Positions 25,886-37,699 of a DNA stretch of 64,000 nt are shown here, piece after piece (positions within the stretch are counted from its first letter, which is position 1; every line of letters starts with the position of its first letter). The notes beneath the pieces were generated by a model, which saw nothing but the letters and a program-made list of their open reading frames with translations, did not search any database and was not told the DNA's origin. The translations under genes and the position numbers were made by a program. Source of the stretch: Eledone cirrhosa (lineage: Eukaryota); the NCBI GenBank assembly GCA_964016885.1, contig OZ024741.1, positions 223,572,001-223,636,000 of the forward strand, in the 5' to 3' direction.

Positions 25886-26786
25886 ACCGTAAACATCTAA
25901 CATCCATTTTTCCATGCTAGCATGGGTTAGACGAATTGTCTCTTTTGGGACAACCCGGATCAGATGACTGTATCTTGCTCATACAGAACTGATTTGGACT
26001 TGGTTTCTATGGCTGGATGCCTTTCTTAATGCCAACCTCATTTACAGTGTGGACTGAGTGCTTTTTGTTGTGGCACCATCACAACTACTTTAAGTGTGGA
26101 CTGAGTGCTTTTTGTCGTGGCACTAAAATGACCACATTATAGTGTGGACTGGTGGCTGGTAGTGAATTGGAGAGGTAGATTAGGATGTGGGAGGTGTATA
26201 CTAGATATATGCTTCAACCTGTGCACATGGAAAGCAGGTCTTCTATATTGCTGCATAATGCCAGGGATCTCGATCCTGTGTCATCACCTTTGAGAGATGT
26301 AATTGTGCAAGGTCAGCTTTTTATCACCTCATCCTAATTCTTCCTGGGTCTTCCTATTCCATAGCTTCTATCAACTTTGAGTACCCTGCAACCTGTAGCT
26401 GTCATCCCTCATATGCATCACATGTCGATACCATCGAAATCTCCTCTGCTGCACACTGCGACTGATCCATCTCATGCCCAGTTTGTCTCTCAGATCATTT
26501 ACGCCTTGCCACTCATGTATATTACTATCACACAACCATTAGAGCATGCAAACTCCATTTCTTTCCAATCTACATAGGTCCTCTGCACACAGTACTCATG
26601 TCTCACTGCTATGCAGCATTGCAGTTCGTATACATGCAATTGACCCTTCATTTTGAAGGTGAAACCTTTATAGCCAGCAGTGGTAGTAGTTCCCTGAACT
26701 TTTTTCATCTCATTTTCACTCTGGCCACTGTACTTTTGGAACACTCACCTCCACTGCTAATGTGATCACATAGGTAACAGAAACTG
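25886..26786 (-). mobile_element. PHD-RTE 3' fragment with SINE-like 3'UTR
   Basis: Minus RFRWYRHVMH, YGIGRPRK followed by the composite domain and tail. Confidence 0.75.
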
Positions 26787-27080
26787 TCAACTGTGCTTGA
26801 TGAAGTCAGTCATATCATTGATATAGATAATGAAGAGAAGTGGGCCCAACACAGTGCCTTGCAGGACGCCACTACTGACTTTGGCTGGGCTCGGTTGTAC
26901 ACCTTCGACTACACTATGTTGGGTTCTGTTTGTCAGGAAACACTTGATCCATTGCAGTAACTTTCCAGAAACACCAATGTTGGATAATTTTTTCAGGAGA
27001 ATGTTGTGATCGACCCTGTCAAAGGCCTTACTGAAATCAAAGTAGATGACATCAGTGTTGGAGCCCTCTCCCAAAGCTCA
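26787..27080 (-). mobile_element. CR1/L2-group LINE RT fragment
   Basis: DVIYFDFSKAFDRVDH..SGVLQGTVLGPLLFIIYIND. Confidence 0.85.
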
Positions 27081-27099
27081 TAACATTTGAAGGACATAC

Positions 27100-28010
27100 A
27101 ACTCGGTATGGATACCCCTGTCACTCATCATTTCCATTCCTCAAGCCACTCTTCCCTATATTTTTCAGTCCTTGGTGTCCTTTTACATCAAGGATCACAG
27201 GCCTCACACACCAAGACTAATAGAGTCTGATTTTCGACCTTGGGTCCAGTTTTCCCTGTGGACTCAACTCCACTCCCCAATTTCTTTAATATTACACACA
27301 TACATTCATGTTTACTTCTCTACTCCTTGACTCTGTTACCTTTACCTCGTCCACTGTCACACATGCGTGCGTACATTCACCCCGTAGGTTCCTATGGCTC
27401 TGTTATGGTCAGAAACATACTCTTACAGCTTATACAAACCAACAAAAAACGCGCACACACCTCTATATTTACCTTCACACATGCACACATACACACACAC
27501 ACACACACATACACCCTTATATACACACACATTTGGTCAAAGCTTCGTACTTACAAACACAACACACATTCTTATACTTACATATACACACACATATCCT
27601 CTTAGCTTCATACGATGTATAAAGAGACAGACAGACAGACACACACACGTATACGCATGCCCACATGTACAGCTCTATATACAAAACGTTTTATTTTTTC
27701 CCCTTTAAGATAGACAAGCTCAATCACCACCTTTTAAAACAAGTATATCACACACAAAATGCTAGCATCAACAGTTTTCATAGAGATGGTAACATGGATG
27801 GACCTGTCATTTTTCTTCAAAATTTTTTTTTCCACTGCCCATCTCCTCAATATTTCTATTTCTTCTTTAATTTTTCATTCTATTTCTGATGAAAGACTAG
27901 TGTTTAAAACGTTAAGACTCTTTTCCTACTATATCAAGTGTAAGATAAATAATATATTTCTTCATTGTACTGTGTCGTTTGCTTTGTTATTTCTATTTGC
28001 CTTTTGCATA
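27100..28010 (+). mobile_element. Penelope (Neptune-like) 3' end with pLTR
   Basis: TPVTHHFHSSSHS..FSVLG..LIFDLGSSFPCGLN GIY-YIG tail; pLTR with degenerate CTGATGA..AAAACGTT at 27886; pLTR copies at ~1060-1240, 2200-2340 and 34480-34630. Confidence 0.65.
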
Positions 28011-28559
28011 CATATATATGAAGGGAAGTTTTATTTGTTGAGGAAGAAATGACGAACACTTCAAATACCAACAATTCTGGTTGAATATATATCTTTACTT
28101 CACTTCAGCAAAAACGAAAAAGATATGATTACTTGGAAAGATTAATATAATGTTTGATTATAGTGTTCACAAATGAATATAGTGTTCAGTAAAGCTTCGG
28201 TGTTGTGCAGGAATCTTTTATTTACCATGGGATTTTCCCTTAAAAGAAAAGTGACAAGTGCAGGGCTAGCTGAACGTTATATATACAAGCTGTGTTCTAC
28301 AGGTGGACTGAGAAATGTTAGCACCACAGGACAGCCTATTTATAATGACCTCTAGTTATTTTACTGATAGATAACAGATGGCCCCCAAAAATGTACTCCT
28401 TCATACCACTAGTGCTGTAAACCCTACCATCAGGAGAATTTATCTATTGTCTTCTCTACGAGGTCGCAGGTCACTCACTCAGTGGCCATGGGAAAACATT
28501 TCTTTAGCTACACATATATATGCGAGTGTGTATATACACACACACATATATATATATCA

Positions 28560-29290
28560 CCATCATCATCACCTTTTTACAGCCATTCTTCCACATTAGC
28601 ATGGGTTAGACAAGTTGTTCTGTTGTGGGCAATGCCCAGTCAGGTGACCATGTCTTGCTCATACAGAGCTGATTTTGGCTTGATTTTTACAGCTGCATGC
28701 CCTTCCTAACACCAACTTCATTTACAGTGTGTACTGGGTGCTTTTTACCATGGTGATGGCCTGGGTACTTTTTTGTCATGACACCTACACGACCACTTAC
28801 AGTGGGAGGTGGGGTGCATACTATCTATATGCTTTAGCTTCGGCTTGTACCTGTGGGAAGTCAGGTCTTCTGTATTACTGCGTAACGCCAGAGGTCTTGG
28901 TCCTGTATCATCCCCGTTGAGAGGTGCCATTGGGCAAGATCAGCTTTTATCATCTCATCCTAGGTCTTCTTGGGTCTCCCCACTCCAAGGCTTCCATCAA
29001 CTTTTAGTGCTCTGCACCTTTTTATGCAGCTGTCATCCTTCATATGCATCACATGTCCGTACCAACGTAATCTCTTCTCCTGCACACAGTATTTGATGCC
29101 TCTTATGCTTAGTCTCTCTCTCAATTCGTTTATGCTTTGCCGTTCACGTATATTACTATTACACATCCATCAGAGCATGTAAGCTTCATTTCTTTTTAAT
29201 CTATGCAAGTCTTCTGCACACAACGTCCAGGTCTCACTACCATGCGCCATTGCTGTTCGTATGCAGGCATCATACAGTCTGCCTTTCATT
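28560..29290 (-). mobile_element. PHD-RTE 3' fragment with SINE-like 3'UTR
   Basis: RLRWYGHVMHM..GVGRPKKT followed by the composite domain. Confidence 0.8.
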
Positions 29291-29512
29291 TTGTGTATAT
29301 ATATATATATCATCATCGTTTAATGTCCATCTTCCACACTAGCATGGGTTAGACGATTTTGTCCCATTTGATGCAGGATTGGTTGGGAGACTGTGTCTCG
29401 CTCGTACGGAAGTGTCTCTGGCAGGTTTTCTATGGCTGGATGCCCTTCCTAACATCAACCACTTTTACAGTGTGGACTGGGAGCCTTTTTACTGTGTCTC
29501 CTACACAACCAC

Positions 29513-29815
29513 TTTACAGTGTGGACTGAGTGCTGTTTGTTGAGTCACCGAGACAGTGGACAGAAATGGGAGGGTGGGGTGGGCTGTATATTGGGTTAAG
29601 AGGTGCCTACTGACTGTAGGTTTGTATGCAAGGGAAGGCGGGTTTCCTGTACAACTGCATGGCGCCAATTGTACAGAAGACCCTCTTTCCCTTGCATACA
29701 AACCTTCAGTCAGTCGACACCTCTTAACCCAATATACACCCCACCCCACTCCACCCTCCCATTTCTGTCCACTGTGTCGGTGACTCAACAAACAGCACTC
29801 AGTCCACACTGTAAA
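29513..29815. repeat. ~300-bp imperfect palindrome (foldback of RTE 3'UTR)
   Basis: ~140-bp arms centred near GGCGCC at ~29662. Confidence 0.9.
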
Positions 29816-29834
29816 TATATATATCATCATTATC

Positions 29835-30968
29835 ATCATCATCATCGTTTTCACATCCGTTTTTCCATGCTTGCATAAGTCGGACGGGTCCTTTTCAACA
29901 CAGTATCTCTCCACTAGTGTGGCTTCCTTCCACTGGGATCTTCTGGTGCTTCTTCCCCCAACGATCATCATTCTTGCACATGTCTGTACCAATGCAGCCT
30001 TCTCTCTTGCACATCTTTTTGAATTCTTAAACTCAGTTTCGCTCTCAGTTCATCCAAGCTCTGCCTTTCTCTCACATTTACATTGCACATTGAACGAAGC
30101 ATGGTTGCTTCAATTCTCTCCAGCTTAAGCATGTCCTCTGCAGTCCCAGCCCATGTTTCACTACCATGCAGCATTGCACTTTGCACACAGATGTCATACA
30201 GTCGTCGTTTGGGATGCAGAGAGGAATCTTTTGTTGTCAACAATGGGAGTACTTCTCTAAACTTCTTCCATCCAATTCTTATTCTAGTTATGTTCTCAGA
30301 GCACCTTTCACTGCTGCTAATAAAGTCACCTTGATAGCAGAAGTTATCAACCACTTCTATGGATCCTTCATGTGATTAAAAAATGTTTATATCACTGCTG
30401 CTCCCCATTGATTACCGCTGTGCATCTTCTAAATTCAAAGTATTCCCTTTCTGCTAGCCTACTTGATATCCCACTACATCTATTGTGTATCCAAGATTTA
30501 CATTGCATACATCATAAAGAGTTTATGCCTACTCCTTCTCTACATATTGGGGAGGGCCACTTCCCTGGGGGAATCAGGGTCCTACCTTCTTTCATACTTA
30601 TTAGCACTTTAGTTTTGATTCCAAATTCTGTTTTCAAAGTCAGAACTTATTCTCCAGTTCTTTTATGGATTCAGCTATAAGGACCAAATCATCTGCATAG
30701 AGAAGTTTCCATGGGCAGCCCATTTTAAACTCCCCTATTATGGTCTGGAGAATTATAATGAATAACAGGAGGCTAAAAACCGAACCCTGATGAACTCCTC
30801 CAGTACTTTGAATTCTTCACTAAATTCACTTCCTACTTTCACTTTACTGACTGTTCCTCTGTACATGGCTTACACTGCTCTCACCAGCCATTCTTCTACA
30901 CCTAATTTCATTAAAGATCACCACTTAATATATTGCGGTACTCTGTCAAAGGCCTTTTCTAGATCAAC
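29835..30968 (-). mobile_element. PHD-RTE LINE fragment
   Basis: GCPWKLLYADD, PHD remnant, HGSETW. Confidence 0.85.
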
Positions 30969-30994
30969 AATATATATATATATCTATTATATAT

Positions 30995-31380
30995 ATATAT
31001 AAGCAAAAGGGATATTCAATTTGTTGGTATAAAATATAAATGTTTATAACTGATTCAGAGCACTCGACAAGTTTTCTGGAGTATAATATTCAATGATATT
31101 AAATAAATGGAAATTATATTTATAAAACCATATTTATTCTATTATATATATTTTAAGGGTACTAAAACTTTGGTACGCTCTCATCAGATAAAATATAAGT
31201 TTTTCCAATCCAGGAAAAACTTGAACCGTTAAGATCTTCTTCCTGGTTATGTCAATATTTATGAAACAAACTTTATATTTTATCTGATGAGAGCATACCA
31301 AAGTTTTGGTACCCTTGAAATATATATAATAGAATAAATATGGTTTTATAAATATAATTTCCATTTATTTAATATCATTG
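30995..31380. mobile_element. Inverted-repeat hammerhead element in (TA)n
   Basis: Arms 31091-31202 and 31268-31380, each with a hammerhead core; the minus-arm copy has GAAA changed to AAAA. Confidence 0.8.
31276..31336 (+). ncRNA. Minimal hammerhead ribozyme
   Basis: TATTTTAT-CTGATGA-GAGCATACCAAAGTTTTGGTACCCTT-GAAA-T(ATAT)A-TA|ATAGAATA; predicted cut after 31328. Confidence 0.75.
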
Positions 31381-31607
31381 TATATATATATATATCGACA
31401 GTCGATCAACATAATCCCAGACCTCATTCATTTAACGAGTCAAATCAGAATGGGGAAACAATGTTTCCAGTGTTCTTTCCAATTACAATTAGTTATGTTT
31501 TCTTTCTTTATTCATTTATTTATTGTTGTTTCTGTTTGCGCATGCGTTTGTGAGTATGTTTTCGCCAGACTAAGACATGATGATAATACAAACAACATAG
31601 AAATTAA

Positions 31608-31970
31608 AACATAGAAATGATTTAACAAGTAGACAAATTAGGAAAGCAACTGAAATAGAATTAAGAAAACCGAAGCTGAACAGAAAACATGAATGGAATA
31701 ACAACAACCATATACAATAGTGACCTAAGATAAATATACACAGATACAATAACACCCACATAAACACACACTAGTGACAAAAGATAGAATACAAACTCAC
31801 AGACTCAGACACAAATACACACCAAACAGAAAACTTATTCAAAGACAACAATAAATAAATAAATAAAATAGAATAAGAAAACATTACAGCAATACAACAG
31901 GGGGAAACATAACATCACTGACGATGTCACAGGTGTGTGACGAAAGAACTATGAGAGACTATATTAATAT
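31608..31970 (+). mobile_element. Penelope-like 3' end (GIY-YIG C-terminus plus pLTR)
   Basis: SRQIRKATEIELRKPKLNRKHE followed by a hammerhead motif at 31913. Confidence 0.6.
31913..31954 (+). ncRNA. Hammerhead ribozyme variant (U inserted after A9)
   Basis: TCA-CTGACGA-T-GTCACA(GGTG)TGTGAC-GAAA-G(AA)C-TA|TGA; perfect 6-bp stem II, short stem I. Confidence 0.55.
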
Positions 31971-32139
31971 CTATATTTTTAGCTGTTGGTCAATCAATGA
32001 TAAACATTGATTGCCAGCTGAATTAATTATAGAAATATAAAATATAGTGAAGCGAAACCAACCCAGACCAAACAGTGAGTGTATTTCACTATATATTTCT
32101 GGCAATATTATAGCACATGATCCTCCCCAAATAAAACAA

Positions 32140-32181
<42 letters not shown>

Positions 32182-32297
32182 GTAAAAGTTCTATTTAAAT
32201 TGTTGGGATACAACAAGCAAATATTTTTATAACTGATATAAAGCACTCAACAAATATTTGGAGTAAAAATACGATATTAACAAATGGAAACTATATT

Positions 32298-32362
32298 TAT
32301 TTGATTATACATATTTCAAGGACACCAAGTTAAATTATGGTGTGCTTTCATCAGATAAAATA
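32298..32362 (-). ncRNA. Minimal hammerhead ribozyme
   Basis: Exact inverted copy of 32508-32572. Confidence 0.72.
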
Positions 32363-32507
32363 TAATATAGATCAGTTTTATAAATAAATATTGACATACC
32401 CTTAAAAAATGCAACCATTATGTTGGAAGCTCCCGGGAGCTACCAACAGTAATGGTTGCATTTTTTAAGGGTATGTCAATATTTATTTATAAAACTGATC
32501 TATATTA

Positions 32508-32572
32508 TATTTTATCTGATGAAAGCACACCATAATTTAACTTGGTGTCCTTGAAATATGTATAATCAAATA
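32508..32572 (+). ncRNA. Minimal hammerhead ribozyme
   Basis: TATTTTAT-CTGATGA-AAGCACACCA..TGGTGTCCTT-GAAA-T(ATGT)A-TA|ATCAAATA; predicted cut after 32564. Confidence 0.72.
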
Positions 32573-32611
32573 AATATGGTTTTATAAATATAGTTTCCAT
32601 TTGTTAATATC

Positions 32612-32663
<52 letters not shown>

Positions 32664-32671
<8 letters not shown>

Positions 32672-32983
32672 AGATCAAAAGATGGTTAAAGGAGTTCCAT
32701 ATATTTTATTATGCGCATTTCAAAAACAAACATCATCAAGCAATAATATTTGTGTTTTCATCAGATAGAACAGGAGAACATGATATGAAGGCTATAAAAC
32801 ACTTGTGGATAGTGCAGTTTTAAATCAACAAATCAACATTTTGAAATGCGCATAATAAAATATATGGAACTCCTTTAACCATCTTTTGATCTTATATTAT
32901 GCATACTCCAGTCCCACAAACTGTAGAGTGCTTCTTATCCGATATCTGCATTGCTTTATTGTACTACAATAAAACTCACCTCC

Positions 32984-32986
<3 letters not shown>
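32664..32986. mobile_element. Third subfamily of inverted-repeat hammerhead element in (TA)n
   Basis: 62-bp perfect arms 32664-32725 and 32839-32900; related copy at 40480-40640. Confidence 0.8.
32703..32771 (-). ncRNA. Minimal hammerhead ribozyme with palindromic ATGCGCAT stem/loop 3
   Basis: GTTCTAT-CTGATGA-AAACACAAATATTATT(GCTT)GATGATGTTTGTTTTT-GAAA-T(GCGC)A-TA|ATAAAAT. Confidence 0.75.
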
Positions 32987-33028
<42 letters not shown>

Positions 33029-33614
33029 ATATATGTGTGTGTGTATAATCATCATTTGGAGGAACAAAGATTTCCATTGACCGTTTGATGAAAGGGCGGG
33101 TATCAGAAAAGCTCATTGTATTTGTTTTTCTATAATCAAACGTTAAGTGGCGATTTGAATTTTATATAATTTAGGAAAATATAGCAAACAATTTTTGAAC
33201 GAGAAACACAAATTAAAAAACAGTTTATATTATTGAATTTGGACTACCTGAGACAGAAAAGTTTTAGAAGATTGGGTTTGTATAATTTGATTTATCATTA
33301 TTTAAAATGTGTTTCCCTTGAAGCTTAATTAATGACTTTGTAATGCGTTTTATGTTGTTTATTTATGGTCTGGCTATTATGCAATATGATATGACTACTT
33401 AATATTAAAGTTATTTATTGGTTTTTGTTCTATTTTAGGTTGTTTAATTAAGTGAAGTTGGAAGGGGAAATATATAGGATAATTGTGTATTTGATAGAAG
33501 TTTGTATATTATTTTGGTGTATTTAAATTTAACGACTCCCCAATGCAACATTTAATTCTATGACGAGTGGGGGTCATTCTGTATCTAACAGAAGTCACTT
33601 AAATAAATGAATAT

Positions 33615-34045
33615 GAATGTTTCTCAAACTTTTTTTTTTTTACTCACAGCGCACTTCAGAACAAGTAAAAATATTTTGACGCACTTCGAAAATATTTTTT
33701 TTTAAAAAGTACTAACATGATATGAATTAGAAAAAAAAATACAGAAAAATTATTTGTCAATAAATGGAGGAAAGTTATCAGAGATGGCATAAAGCAGTCA
33801 TATAGATAATTAAAAATACTGAAAAAATATTTGTTCCTCAATATTTGAGCAAAGTTATCAATGGCGTTTTCTAGCGATGTTTCAATGTTGGGACATATTT
33901 TAGAAATACAAACTATCATCTTTTTCGATTACAGTTATATATGAACTTTATTACGAATTTCAATATATATTATCACATTTTGAAATAGAAGCTTGATCTT
34001 TCGAGGCACCCCGGTGTGCCGAGGCGCGTGGTTCGCGAATCACTG
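33615..34045 (-). mobile_element. Internally deleted hAT (Buster-like) element
   Basis: CAGTGATTCGCGAACC..GGCACACCGGGGTGCC end; MIVCISKICPNIE resembles a transposase C-terminus; degenerate opposite TIR. Confidence 0.5.
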
Positions 34046-34724
34046 CCCTAAGAGAATGAATATGGTGTTCAGTTTTTCTATGTATCAAATACTTATAAGG
34101 ATTTAATAGGTTACTCTTTCATCTCTTTAATTGAAAGTATCGTTTCAGTGGCTTCATTGCAACAATGGTTGGTACACTTTAAGGTTTCCTTATATTCTCC
34201 CTACTTCTTTCTGTACATTAATGATCTGTACCCCATTATGTCTGATTAGTGAACCAGTGACGGCAATAGCGTTGAACATATTTAGTTCTTGGAGTCCAAA
34301 GATTTACAGTTTTAATTGGGAAATTTCGTTTTGATAATGAATTACATAAGAGATACAGTAAATCTATTGAACATTCCTCGTTATTTCTGTGAGAAATAAT
34401 TATTTTCCCTCTGTATTTCGTGTGCTATCAACTAATTTGAACTCCGAACATGCCACAACAGCTTAGGGCTTTTATATATATGCAAAATGTAAACAAAAAT
34501 AACAAAGCAAACGACACTGTACAATGAAGAAATATATTAGTTTTACGTTTGATATAGTAGGAAAAGAGTCTTAACGTTTCGGATGTTAGTCTTTCATCAG
34601 AAATAGAAGAAATAGAGGAGAGTGAACAGTGGCAGAAACGAAAAAAAAATTATTAGAGAAAAAGCAGGTCTGTTCAGATTGCCATCACTTGGAAAAGTGT
34701 TGAATTCAACGTTCATATATATAT

Positions 34725-35902
34725 ATACCAAAATCCTGATATGTAGAAAGGAAAACAGATCCCAGATTCCCTCAGGGAAATGGCCTTGCTCAGAGTGCAG
34801 AGAAAGAGTAGGTAGAAATTCTATTCAATGACTCAAATGCAAACTATGAGCACATAAAAGGTGTAGTGGGATCTTAGGCAGGCTAACAATGAAGGTAGGT
34901 TTTAAATGTGGCCGATGTACAGGTGCAGTAAGTATCAAGAATTCCCAGGATACAACCTCCTTCAAATTGCCAGAAAGTTCAGAGAGTTACTAGCGCTGCT
35001 AACTACAAAAAGCAGATTGTATGATGCATGTGTACGAACAGCAATGTTGCATGGTAGCGAGACCTGGGCACTGTGTGTAGAGGACCTGCGAAGATTGGAA
35101 ATAAATGAATCTTCCATGCTTCGATGGATGTGTAGCAGTAATATACATGAACGGCAAAGCATAAATAAACTGCAAGAGGAATTGGGCATAAGAGGGATCA
35201 AATGCAGTGTGTAGGAGAGGAGATTGTGTTAGTATAAACATGTGATGCGTATGGAGGAAGACAGCTGTATAAAAAGGTGCAGGAGGCTCAAAGTTGATGG
35301 AGGCTATGGAGTAAGAAGACCTAGGAAAATTGGGATGAGGTGATAAAGGGTGACCTTGAACAATTGCATCTCTCAAAGGCGATGGCAGGACCGTGATCTC
35401 TGGCACTATGCAGTAATACTGAAGACTCGCCTTCCCATATTCAGGGGCTGAGGCATACATCTAGTATCCACCACATTCTTCCCATCACCCCTGCTATACA
35501 CCTCCCACGTTGTAATAACCCATCCACGTTCTAACACTCCACCCCTGATCTACCTCCCCACTTCTCCATGCATCTCCCCCACTCAAGTCCCCAATCCACA
35601 CTATAAAGTGGTAATCTTGGCGCCAAGACAACGAGCACCCAGTCCACACTGAAGGTGGTCGTGCAAGAGTCACGATAAAAAGCGACCAGTACTCACTGTA
35701 AAGTGTTCGTGTTGGTATCACAACAAAAAGCACCCAGCACACACCTTATGTGTGGTCGGCATTAGGAAGGGCATCCAGCCGTAGAAACCAAGCCAAAATT
35801 ATATCTGTGTGAGCAAAACACGTTCCTCCGACCTGACTTGTCCCACAACGGGACAGCTCGTCTAACCCATGCTAGCGTAGAAAATGGACGTTACATGACG
35901 AT
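34725..35902 (+). mobile_element. PHD-RTE 3' fragment with SINE-like 3'UTR
   Basis: IPSGKWPCSECRERVGRNSIQ, LHGSETWAL, then the composite domain and tail. Confidence 0.85.
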
Positions 35903-36130
35903 ATATATATATATACATACAATTGTGCAAAATCCGAGAGTCCTTCGCCTCCTTCCTCCTTTCCGTTTTCGGAAAAAGGAGCCAATTGCGAGTGAGTTAG
36001 AGGTCAGATTCGTTTAAAAAAAAAAAAACTAGGGAAAAAAATTCCTCACCGAACTCCACCAGGTGCTTTTCTACCTTTTGAGTTTCGCAGATCTATATCC
36101 TCCTCGCGTTTGGTTGGAAGTATTTTTTCG

Positions 36131-36414
36131 TACTCTCGTGTCCCAAATAATGGAGAGGTGGGGTGAATTAGCGGTGGGGTTAGGAAATCGATAATTTTTC
36201 TAGGTTGTCTCCCTTGATTTATTTTTAAACGAGAATTAGTCATTTAGTTTACCTATTGAGACACCAACCCATTCTATTTATTTTATGACCTATGAGATTT
36301 CTTGTAATGTTCCTTTTTTTGTCATGTATAATGTTTTTTAATGATAAAAGCGGGGTTGTTGGAAAAATCTTAAAAATTAATAAGTGGGGTACGATTATTC
36401 AAGACTCGAGAGTA
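36131..36414. mobile_element. TA-flanked MITE (Tc1/mariner/pogo-like termini)
   Basis: TACTCTCGTGTCCCAAATAAT / ATTATTCAAGACTCGAGAGTA. Confidence 0.7.
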
Positions 36415-37009
36415 AGGTTTGTCGCTTGTTATGAACAAATCTGACCTCCAAATACGCCGCAAACACCTTTAATTTTTTAACCAGAAGTAGGGACTCTTGT
36501 TTCTTTGACAATATTATTTTTTTCGTATGTTATCAACAAATTTGGTTATCAAAACAGGCGGCAATTATTCATAGTTTAGTTAAATGTGTGTGAGGAGAGG
36601 GCGGTTCTCTACAATTAGAACCGTCTCGCGTTGGAGGTCAATTTTTTCCCCGGGTATTTTGATGTTTTCAACGATTCTGATTTTCAAAAACGTTGGAAAT
36701 TATTCATTTTATAGTTAACCGTACCTCACAACAAATGTCGCAAGGGTAAGGGGTCTTATATTCGAATGTGTTTAACTAGTCTTAAAATAAAAACAAAAAC
36801 GAATATCTTAAGTGATACTTATGTGATTTGAAGAACATTGAAATTACCTTAAGCAGGACAGCAGTCCTGTTTGTCTTCCGATTTGTAGTAGATTCATAAC
36901 TTTTTCCTGTATCAGAATCTAAACCACCATTCATGCTAATACTTTGCTGGCGATCTGATAGGCTACTTCAATAAAAAAAATTGCTGTAGCATTTTTTTTT
37001 TTTAATTGA

Positions 37010-37445
37010 AGGGATAAATATATATCTCATCAGGTACTGGTGTATATATTTTGACTGTATATCTGGCCTTCTGATCCACTCTTTTAAATCTCTCCAAAAT
37101 CGTTCAAGGTTTTGTGTGTTTGTGTTCTGTCAACGAAACTTTCAGAATGGTTTATAACAAAATGCTTATACCTCAAACAGTTTAGATTTGTGTAGGCAGT
37201 TCAAAAGCTACTGTAAATAGCCGAGTCAGGTATGATATCTTTTTGAATGAAAGGAACGACCAGTTAGAAGGACAACATTCAGTTTTAAAATGTAGACACA
37301 TTACCGATTTTCGCAGAACACCATGGGAATGGAGAAAGTCTCTACTGTTTTCGTTATTGGTAATGTAGCGGTAAAAGGTAAAATCACAATTTTCATAGAC
37401 ATCTCTGTAAGCTCCAACTGAATTTAGTGCATTTATGTGCATCAA
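37010..37445 (-). mobile_element. Merlin (IS1595/ISXO2-like) transposase remnant
   Basis: DFLHSHGVLRKSVMC; IYS..AY..L..YKHFVINHSESFVD; TQNLERFWRDLK. Confidence 0.75.
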
Positions 37446-37699
37446 GTAAATTTAGCCGAGTATTTAAATAGTAAATATATATAATAATAATAGTTTATTT
37501 TATTAGCCACAAGTACCCAGGATATTGGGACAATACAAAGGTAGCACAACTCAACACTGGGTTTACATCAAATAAAGGAAAGAGGACATCACTGAAGTGA
37601 AAATAGTAGGTTAATAATAATAATCATCTCTGTATCTAGAACATTTTGAAAACTACATGCTAACATACCTCTCTTACTATATCCATAATGTCTCTTTAT

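Larger units (their letters stand above)
32181..32614. mobile_element. Palindromic double-hammerhead element in (TA)n
   Basis: Palindrome 32270-32614 centred on AGCTCCC|GGGAGCT (32434/32435). Confidence 0.85.
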
